NCBI GenBank assembly: GCA_934182615.1
Contig: CAKPRO010000006.1
Coordinates: forward strand, 4,771-68,770
DNA from: an uncultured Bacilli bacterium
Lineage (GTDB): Bacteria; Bacillota_I; Bacilli_A; RF39; UBA660
Direction: 5' to 3'
Length of the DNA: 64,000 bases
Both the position numbers and the translations under genes were made by a program. The notes beneath the pieces are model-generated. The model had not been told where the DNA came from, made no database searches, and saw nothing but the letters and a program-made list of their open reading frames with translations. Shown piece by piece: positions 1 through 6,361 of the stretch (the first letter of the stretch is position 1; the number at the start of each line of letters is the position of its first letter).

Positions 1-283
1 AATCTATTGGAAGACTTCTATCAGTATTATCAAATACTAAAGTAACTGAAGCACTATTAAGAGCTCTTCTACTATCACTACCAGAGAATATTACATCTAA
101 TGAATTATCTCCTCTAAGACTCTTCATAGATTGTTCTCCTAGTACCCATCTTACAGCATCTACTATATTAGATTTCCCTGATCCATTAGGTCCTACTATA
201 CCATTAATATTTTTACCAAATTCAATCGAAGTTTTATCTGCAAAAGACTTAAATCCATATGCTTTTATTTCTTTTAAATACAT
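1..283 (-). CDS. smc: SMC chromosome segregation ATPase, N-terminal fragment (gene continues past window start)
   Basis: Minus-strand ATG at 281-283. Hand translation MYLKEIKAYGFKSFADKTSIEFGKNINGIVGPNGSGKSNIVDAVRWVLGEQSMKSLRG matches an SMC head with Walker A GPNGSGKS. Absent from the ORF track because it is truncated. Confidence 0.85.
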   Translation of the reverse strand, partial: MYLKEIKAYGFKSFADKTSIEFGKNINGIVGPNGSGKSNIVDAVRWVLGEQSMKSLRGDNSLDVIFSGSDSRRALNSASVTLVFDNTDRSLPID

Positions 284-363
284 ATACTTCACATCCTACT
301 TCTTTATTTTATCAAATTTTATAATAAAAATCTAGTTAATTTATTATATTTATATATTTATTA

Positions 364-433
364 CCCTTTCAGCCTTATATAAAATAAGTCTTCTAGGGTA
401 TGAGTAAGCCTCTTAAAGAGAGTCTTCCTCATA
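364..433 (-). repeat. Twin-hairpin intergenic repeat (AGACU/AGGCU family), copy 1
   Basis: Minus strand reads UAUGAGGAAGACU-loop-AGGCUUACUCAUACC-CUAGAAGACU-loop-AGGCUGAAAGGG, matching the consensus of the copies at 2785, 8357, 10386, 16003 and 20686. Confidence 0.7.
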
Positions 434-594
434 ACAATTCACAGTAGAGTATAAGAAAAAGTACTCTATATGTTAGAGTACAAATTTTGTATTAAATTAA
501 AATTATGATTTTTATAATTTAAATTATATATTTTTTTAACTAATGTTTTTGGCTTATCTACTAATTTTTCTTTTAATATTTTTTATTCTAAATA

Positions 595-719
595 CTATTT
601 TTCATCTTTTCCTAACTTAATAATTAAATTTCATTTGATAATTTTTCAATTAAAGTATCTTTATTATAAACTTCTACTGTTCTTCTTAATATTAAATCAA
701 TTTGTTCTTTTTTATTCAT
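595..719 (-). pseudogene. tyrS: Decayed 5' remnant of a tyrosyl-tRNA synthetase gene
   Basis: ATG at 717-719 directly after the T-box leader gives MNKKEQIDLILRRTVEVYNKDTLIEKLSNEI-stop (624-626). A shifted frame continues NLIIKLGKDEK-stop. This resembles a Thermus-type TyrRS N-terminus (LLKRGAEEIVPEEEL..KL...L.VKLGADPT). No catalytic domain follows. Confidence 0.5.
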
Positions 720-721
720 TT

Positions 722-950
722 TCTTTTCCTCCTCTAATAATAAAACCGCAATAACTCTATACATAAGGACGAATTATCGCGGTACCACCTTAATTTATGA
801 TTAATAATCATACACTCAAAAGTTATAAAGTAACTAACTAATAAATTCATAATGTGTAATTCAGTTATATTATATGTTTAATTTTACCATCCTTAAACTC
901 TCTAAAATATAAATAATACAACCTACTTCTTCATTAATCATCGTTTATTT
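722..950 (-). promoter_or_regulatory. T-box riboswitch leader (probable tyrosine specifier)
   Basis: Minus strand carries the T-box sequence AAUUAAGGUGGUACCGCG (rc of 776-800). A terminator CCGCGAUAA-18nt-UUAUUGCGG plus UUUUAUUAUU lies at 736-782. An AGAGAG box and GGAUGGUAAA lie upstream. Candidate specifier is GAAU-UAC-A (UAC = rc of 856-858). Confidence 0.75.
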
Positions 951-993
951 ATCATATAACCATCATTTTTATATTTTTTAATCTTGTTAACTT

Positions 994-1581
994 TTATTTA
1001 CTACCCAAATTCAAATATTCTTCTTTCGTTATCTCGTAGCAGTAACAATCTACTTCTTCAGTTAAAATAGTATACTTAACTTTTTTAATTTTATTAGTTC
1101 TATGAAAGCCTAACTTTTCAATCACTTTCCAAGATGCTATGTTATCAGTAGCAACACAAGTTTCTATTTTATCAATTTGTACTTCTTTAAACATATAATC
1201 AAGTACTGCCTTAGCAACCTCACTACCATATCCCATACCATGATAATTAGAATCTAAAAACCAACCAACATCTCTTATATTATCACTATTTTCATTACCA
1301 AATTCATCATGACTTTTTTGGCAACTAGCCTGACCAATACATTTATTTTCTGATTTTAATATTATTGACCATTGAAATACATCTTCATTATTTGCTTTTT
1401 CTAATTTTTTATATTGCCATACCTTTTCTTTTTCCCAATCATAATTAAATTTTCCTACAAGATAATTTTTTGCTACTTTCTTATCACATAAAATACCCCA
1501 AATAACTTTTAAATCTTCTTCTTTAGTAGGTCTTAAAAGTAACCTATCTGTTTCTAACACTTTAGATCCTAAATATTTCAT
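994..1581 (-). CDS. GNAT N-acetyltransferase, RimJ/RimL-like
   Basis: 195 aa ORF. Has LETDRLLLRPTKEEDL at the N-terminus and the acetyl-CoA motif HGMGYGSEVAKAVLDYMF...ASWKVIEKLGF. Confidence 0.8.
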   Translation of the reverse strand: MKYLGSKVLETDRLLLRPTKEEDLKVIWGILCDKKVAKNYLVGKFNYDWEKEKVWQYKKLEKANNEDVFQWSIILKSENKCIGQASCQKSHDEFGNENSDNIRDVGWFLDSNYHGMGYGSEVAKAVLDYMFKEVQIDKIETCVATDNIASWKVIEKLGFHRTNKIKKVKYTILTEEVDCYCYEITKEEYLNLGSK

Positions 1582-1628
1582 TTTTCTTACCTCTTTTCTT
1601 TATTTATTAATTTTTTATTTTGATAGCA

Positions 1629-1990
1629 TTATCTATTATTTTCGGTTACTGTTATCACTTGCATATTACCATTATTAAATACTATATATTCTTTATCTCC
1701 TATTAATTCTATATCATTACTATCTATAAAGATAGTATCTTCTTCAGGTAAATAAATTACTTTTTTTCTATAGAATATTCTTTTAAATAATTTATATTAT
1801 TTTTTGTTTTAATAATATTATCATTATAATGACAAAGTAATGAATATCCAGATAAAACATCAAAACCACTTGTATCTTTTAAACCAATAATACTATTATC
1901 ATCTTCATATTTACAAATATCTATATCTTTACCAAATATAATTGCACCAGCACTTCCACCAAATACAACACCATCATTTATTATCTAATC
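1629..1990 (-). pseudogene. Peptidase S51 (PepE-like) remnant, N-terminally truncated and frameshifted
   Basis: Hand translation gives IINDGVVFGGSAGAIIFGKDIDICKYEDDNSIIGLKDTSGFDVLSGYSLLCHYNDN.., with the GGSAGA nucleophile motif. The frame breaks at an A7 run near 1762-1768. There is no start codon, and the 5' end is overlapped by the stop of the 1985-2770 gene. Confidence 0.6.
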
Positions 1991-2770
1991 ACCAATATAA
2001 AACCTATTCTTATCATTATTTAAAGTAATCTTATCTAAATAGTCAATTCTATCTTTAACAGAAACTCCTCTTAAATTATTCTCAACATCCTCAAATTCAG
2101 TAGTAGTACTATCTCTATTATAAATATATTTATCGGTATCATTATACTCATATTTTTCAATATCTTCATCTAAGAATCTATGACAATCATCATGAATAAA
2201 GAATATACCTTCTTTTATCTTTTTCGCAGGACTTCCACCATATATAGTATTTGAATTATATCTCTTATTAGTTATTAAACTTTTAGCTCCAATAACTGCT
2301 CCCGATCCTACCATAGCATTCTTTAATACCATTATTCCTTGACCAATCCAAACATGATCACCAATAAAAATACTTTTACTTTGATTTATTCTTTTCTTAG
2401 TATTAATATCATATATTATATGTGGATCTGCACTTCTAAAACAACATTCAGGAGCTATCATACAATTTTTACCAATAAACAAATTAGTTTGTTCAGATAT
2501 AACTATCTTAACTCCTTTATTTATCCAAATATTCTTTCCAAAGTAAATAGTGGAATTATTATATAGTTTTATATCTACAGTTATTTTTTCTGATGTTTTA
2601 CATAAATATACTAGTGAATTATCCCCTCTAAATTCTATACTAGAATTAACTAAAGTTATTTCATCATTAATATATAAAACATTATTACTACCTATAAACT
2701 TTACTTTAGAATTATCTAAATTAACATTACCTATTATTTTATTATTATTTTCATCTACTATTTCTTTCAT
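1985..2770 (-). CDS. Hexapeptide-repeat (left-handed beta-helix) acetyltransferase
   Basis: Hexapeptide region FIGDHVWIGQGIMVLKNAMVGSGAVIGAKSLIT. The likely true start is MKEIVDE at 2770, preceded by AAGGAGG. The track ORF start at 2842 reads through the repeat element. Confidence 0.65.
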   Translation of the reverse strand: MKEIVDENNNKIIGNVNLDNSKVKFIGSNNVLYINDEITLVNSSIEFRGDNSLVYLCKTSEKITVDIKLYNNSTIYFGKNIWINKGVKIVISEQTNLFIGKNCMIAPECCFRSADPHIIYDINTKKRINQSKSIFIGDHVWIGQGIMVLKNAMVGSGAVIGAKSLITNKRYNSNTIYGGSPAKKIKEGIFFIHDDCHRFLDEDIEKYEYNDTDKYIYNRDSTTTEFEDVENNLRGVSVKDRIDYLDKITLNNDKNRFYIGD

Positions 2771-2784
2771 GATTTCCTCCTTTT

Positions 2785-2843
2785 CCACTTCAGTCTGTAG
2801 TCTTCCGTGGTATGATAGAGCCTCTATAATAGTCTCTATCATA
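2785..2843 (-). repeat. Twin-hairpin intergenic repeat, copy 2
   Basis: Minus strand reads UAUGAUAGAGACU-auuauag-AGGCUCUAUCAUACC-ACGGAAGACU-aca-GACUGAAGUGG. It begins 5 nt after the upstream stop (2849) and is followed by AAAAGGAGG and the ATG at 2770. Confidence 0.8.
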
Positions 2844-2848
2844 ATATT

Positions 2849-3490
2849 TTATTCCATTACACCATTCTCTATAAAATAATGTTTACCTACAAAATCTATA
2901 TCATTATCTTTTACCCTAATAAAAGATTCATTAGGTAATCCTATTATTCTAGTATATTTACTAACTTCAAATACTTCATCCATATATTCTTTATTATCAA
3001 TATCAAAGTGAGGATATATATTTAAATCAATAAAACCAAGTCCTTGATAATCTACTAATTCATAATTCTTAAAATCATCTTTATATATTACTCTATCTGT
3101 TTGATTCATAGCACCAGCACTAGTGCCAATTGTAATACCATTTCTATCCCTTAATATATTAAATAAATTATATTCTATAATAGATTTCATTTCTAATTCA
3201 GGACTACCACCCATTAAATAAACTATATCTGTTTTTTCTATATATTTATAAACATCTTCTTTAGATACTCTATTATCTATTAAATGTACTTCTTTAAAAT
3301 TAATATCTATATTTTTAAATACATTAATAATTTCTTTAACCTGAGTATCATTTCTTTCATATTCATCAAATAAACTAGCTATAAAAGTAATAGACATATT
3401 ATTCTTTATATCCTCTTTTATATATTTCTTTTGATTATCATTAAACCCTTTATCCCTATCTATTCTACTAAACATATAATTAATTTTCAT
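2849..3490 (-). CDS. Peptidase S51 family (dipeptidase E-like)
   Basis: Motifs YLMGGSPE, GTSAGAM and YPHFD. Likely start is MKINYMF at 3490, after GGAGGT. Confidence 0.7.
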   Translation of the reverse strand: MKINYMFSRIDRDKGFNDNQKKYIKEDIKNNMSITFIASLFDEYERNDTQVKEIINVFKNIDINFKEVHLIDNRVSKEDVYKYIEKTDIVYLMGGSPELEMKSIIEYNLFNILRDRNGITIGTSAGAMNQTDRVIYKDDFKNYELVDYQGLGFIDLNIYPHFDIDNKEYMDEVFEVSKYTRIIGLPNESFIRVKDNDIDFVGKHYFIENGVME

Positions 3491-3552
3491 ACTTACCTCC
3501 ATTTATAATATAATTTTATCATGATATGTCATATAAGTAAATGTTTTATAAT

Positions 3553-4113
3553 TTATTTAAAATAATCATCACGAGTAATAGAATAACTAATTAAATCTAC
3601 TTGTTTTTTAGTAACTTTATCATATACTCTTTTTCTAAGAATACCATCATACTTCATTCCTACTTTTTCTAATACTTTTCCGCTAGCAGAGTTTCCTTCT
3701 ACATAATAAGCATATATAGTTTCCACCCCTACTTCTTCGAAAAAGAACTTTATTATTCTAGTTAAAGCCTCAGTACCATATCCTTTATTCCAAAAGTTTC
3801 TTCCGTAGCAGTGTCCTATTTCTACAGTATTATTATTAACATCAATATCTACTGCTCCAATTGTTCCAATAGGAACCCTTTCTTCTTTTGGTATTACCAT
3901 CCAGTTATAAAAATTATCTTCTTTATAACTATTCTCTAAATAATTAAGAAATTTTATCGTATCTTCTTCTTTTTCATAAGCATCCCATCTTAAATACTTA
4001 GTTACCTCTTTATCATTAGCCCAATTATTAAACATAGCATTAGAATCACTAATACTTGCTTTTCTAAATAGAAGCCTATTTGATTTTAACTCTACTGTTC
4101 CTATATTCTTCAT
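3553..4113 (-). CDS. GNAT N-acetyltransferase, RimJ/RimL-like
   Basis: 186 aa. Has LKSNRLLFRKASISD and NKGYGTEALTRIIKFFFEEVG...ASGKVLEKVGMKYDG. Confidence 0.8.
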   Translation of the reverse strand: MKNIGTVELKSNRLLFRKASISDSNAMFNNWANDKEVTKYLRWDAYEKEEDTIKFLNYLENSYKEDNFYNWMVIPKEERVPIGTIGAVDIDVNNNTVEIGHCYGRNFWNKGYGTEALTRIIKFFFEEVGVETIYAYYVEGNSASGKVLEKVGMKYDGILRKRVYDKVTKKQVDLISYSITRDDYFK

Positions 4114-4114
4114 A

Positions 4115-4765
4115 TTAATCTTCTACTTTTCTTTCTTCAATTTTACCATTTTTTACTACAAAATAATTGTTAATATAATAAGTACCACTATCTTTTATTA
4201 CTATACAAGAATCATTAGGTAAACCTATTATTTTATATTTATAAGAACTATCAATTATTTCATTTACTTGCTTTCTATTATTAATATCAAAATGAGGATC
4301 AATAGTTATATCAGTAAAACCTAATCCTTCATAAAAGAATGTCTTATCATAATCATCATCTTTAGAATAATACCCTATCTTACCTAAGTTCATACTACCC
4401 GCAGATATTCCAAGTAATATTTTATCTTTAAATAATTCTTTATAATCTATTCTTTTAATTATATCTAATTGTATTAAAGGATTACCTCCAAATAAATATA
4501 TAATATCTACTTTCTTTATTATATTTATCATATCGTCAACAGAAGCCCTTCCATCTATTAAATAAAATTCTTTAATACTATTAAACATACTTCTTATACC
4601 AATTTTATCACTAGTACCATCTATTAAAGTATCATTCTTACTATAATCATCACTAGCACATATAACAGCCATCCTATTATATCTATCCAATTCTTTATTT
4701 ATAACTTCCTTTATTCTAATATTAAACCCTTTTACTTTATCATAGCCACTAAATAATATTATCAT
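4115..4765 (-). CDS. Peptidase S51 family (dipeptidase E-like)
   Basis: Motifs YLFGGNPL, GISAGSMNLG and IDPHFD. Paralog of 2849-3490. Confidence 0.7.
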   Translation of the reverse strand: MIILFSGYDKVKGFNIRIKEVINKELDRYNRMAVICASDDYSKNDTLIDGTSDKIGIRSMFNSIKEFYLIDGRASVDDMINIIKKVDIIYLFGGNPLIQLDIIKRIDYKELFKDKILLGISAGSMNLGKIGYYSKDDDYDKTFFYEGLGFTDITIDPHFDINNRKQVNEIIDSSYKYKIIGLPNDSCIVIKDSGTYYINNYFVVKNGKIEERKVED

Positions 4766-4773
4766 AACATCAC

Positions 4774-5895
4774 CTACTTTTTCTTACATTTATTTAAAAC
4801 TATTAATGGTATCTTCATCTCATCTTCAGTTAAACCAGCATGAGTTGACTTATGAATATGACCAACATTCCTATATTTAAAATATTTATTACTATAGGCT
4901 AAAGCAAAATAATCTCCTAGTGAATCTCTAAAATATTTATGTTCAGTACCATTACCTAATAACTTACTATTAATAAGTTCTTCTTTAGTCATTAATACAA
5001 AATAATTACTAAAGTATTTATTAAATAGATAAACAAATTCTTCCTCTCTACCATCTTTTATTTTAAAACTACATAGTCTTCCTTCAAAAGACGTATCTCC
5101 AGCAAGAGTATCAAATATATCTTTATAATCTTCTAATATAATAGTATCACAATTAATATGACCATGATCCGCTACTACAATAAGTAATGTATCATCAGAT
5201 ATAGTATTATATAATTCTTCTACTTTTTTATTAATCAACTCAAAATAATCTCTAGTCTCTTTACTATCAGTACCAGTAATATGCATAGTAGTATCTGGTT
5301 CAGGATTATATACATAAATATAATTTTTATCTTTAACATTTAAACTACTTTTAATTTTATTTATCATATCATCAATATCTTCATATTTATTTTCATTAAA
5401 TGAAGCAATTAATTTAGCATAATGTTTTCCATCTTCATTTATTAATTCACAAATATCTTTATATGGAAAATATTTTCTAGCTAGTGATACACTATCAGCA
5501 TCTATATCAGTATCTTTAATTTTATTAGTAAACATTGTTACTATTTTATCCTCTTTTTTAAAATATAAATCCCAAGCAAGCCATCCATGTTCCACTGGTG
5601 TAAGACCAGTAAGCATTGATGTAGTTGAAGCAGTTGTAGTCGCTGGTACTACTGAAGATATTTCTTTTAACATATTTCTATAAAGAAAACTATTTTCTCC
5701 TAATAATTTTTTTATTAATCTTGATCCCATTCCATCAAATAATATAACTACTACATTTTTTGGTTTATATTCTTCTAATATTTTGTCAATATCACTTAAA
5801 GTATTATGATAGACATCAAGTTCAAAATATCTCCTAATACTAGATGCTAAACTAACAATACTATTATCATATTCTGGTAATATAAACTTATCCAT
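4774..5895 (-). CDS. Alkaline phosphatase superfamily protein (type I phosphodiesterase / nucleotide pyrophosphatase-like)
   Basis: Motifs VVILFDGMGSRL, TTASTTSMLTGLTPVEHGW and VVADHGH. Likely start is MDKFILPEY at 5895, after AAGGAAGTGG. The track start at 5949 is a TTG inside the terminator hairpin. Confidence 0.7.
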   Translation of the reverse strand: MDKFILPEYDNSIVSLASSIRRYFELDVYHNTLSDIDKILEEYKPKNVVVILFDGMGSRLIKKLLGENSFLYRNMLKEISSVVPATTTASTTSMLTGLTPVEHGWLAWDLYFKKEDKIVTMFTNKIKDTDIDADSVSLARKYFPYKDICELINEDGKHYAKLIASFNENKYEDIDDMINKIKSSLNVKDKNYIYVYNPEPDTTMHITGTDSKETRDYFELINKKVEELYNTISDDTLLIVVADHGHINCDTIILEDYKDIFDTLAGDTSFEGRLCSFKIKDGREEEFVYLFNKYFSNYFVLMTKEELINSKLLGNGTEHKYFRDSLGDYFALAYSNKYFKYRNVGHIHKSTHAGLTEDEMKIPLIVLNKCKKK

Positions 5896-5932
5896 TTTAT
5901 CCACTTCCTTTATTTTATTAATATCATATATA

Positions 5933-5977
5933 GAAAAAACCGAAGACAACTATTCCATATAAGAATAGTGACTCCGG
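5933..5977 (-). terminator. Intrinsic terminator inside the 5' leader of the phosphatase-family gene (attenuator candidate)
   Basis: Minus strand has CCGGAGUCACUAUUC-uuauaug-GAAUAGUUGUCUUCGG followed by UUUUUU. It lies between the promoter (6048-6076) and the ATG at 5895. Confidence 0.6.
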
Positions 5978-6047
5978 ATTTTATTAATTATAAAATACGT
6001 GTAGGCTTTACCCCGAGATAGCTCTATATATCTCCTCACTTGTTATA

Positions 6048-6076
6048 AATATATAATTTATTTTATATTTTGTCAA
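6048..6076 (-). promoter_or_regulatory. Sigma-A type promoter
   Basis: Minus strand has TTGACA, a 17 nt spacer, then TATATT. Confidence 0.55.
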
Positions 6077-6145
6077 TCATTTATTAAACTTTTGTAAATT
6101 ATTTAATAATTTCTTTAGTGTATTATAATATTCTCATATAAGTCC

Positions 6146-6253
6146 TAACATTTACAACCGAGATCATTTATTGCTCGCACCACCCGGAAGCGATTAACAT
6201 TTCACAACTAGGATCATTTATTGCTCGCACCACCTAGAAGCGATTAACATTTA
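6146..6253 (-). repeat. Tandem direct repeat, two units of about 50 nt plus a partial unit
   Basis: Units run 6146-6194 and 6195-6244, with a partial third. Each unit has a 5 bp stem whose two copies differ by compensatory changes (minus strand CUAGG/CCUAG versus CCGGG/CUCGG). The stem encloses an identical 20 nt loop UGGUGCGAGCAAUAAAUGAU. Confidence 0.7.
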
Positions 6254-6293
6254 TATTAAAGTATTCTTCTAAATACTTCTTAAAATATATTTT

Positions 6294-6358
6294 ATCATAG
6301 AGACTACAGGCTCTATGATACCTAATGAAGACTTAAGATTAACTTAAGGCTTCATAGG
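6294..6358 (+). repeat. Twin-hairpin repeat, inverted-orientation variant (copy 3)
   Basis: Plus strand reads AUCAUAGAGACU-aca-GGCUCUAUGAUACC-UAAUGAAGACU-uaagauuaacuuaa-GGCUUCAUAGG. It ends 4 nt from the ABC exporter stop (6362). Confidence 0.7.
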
Positions 6359-6361
6359 CAA

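Noticed and set aside
2771-2842. N-terminal extensions of several track ORFs (2842, 5949, 9360, 13563, 44021, 46095, 63964 starts)
   Set aside because: The extensions read through repeat elements, terminators or SD sequences, or use TTG/GTG. Internal ATG codons with proper SD spacing give N-termini that match family expectations.
2785-2843. Twin-hairpin repeat as a metabolite riboswitch controlling acetyltransferase genes
   Set aside because: Copies occur upstream of unrelated genes (smc, an acyl-CoA synthetase-like gene). Some sit upstream of the promoter rather than in the 5' UTR (8357, 20686), and some are in inverted orientation. There is no resemblance to riboswitch or self-cleaving ribozyme consensus sequences I know.
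2339-2879. Plus-strand ORFs of 75 and 109 aa (2339-2566, 2550-2879)
   Set aside because: They lie antisense to the well-supported acetyltransferase gene. Composition is low-complexity and Ile/Phe/Ser-rich, typical of AT-rich antisense frames, with no SD. The same reasoning applies to 8315-8518, 8861-9195, 9723-9926, 18571-18777, 21547-21732, 26591-26815, 28609-28830, 30397-30582, 34045-34257, 35808-35993, 37529-37714, 39003-39203, 44861-45148, 45461-45709 and 46888-47121.
6146-6253. Tandem 50 nt repeats as a CRISPR array or as PhoP boxes for the downstream phosphatase-family gene
   Set aside because: There are only two directly abutting units, with no spacers and no cas genes. The TTAACA-like hexamers do not show the 11 bp periodicity of Bacillus Pho boxes.
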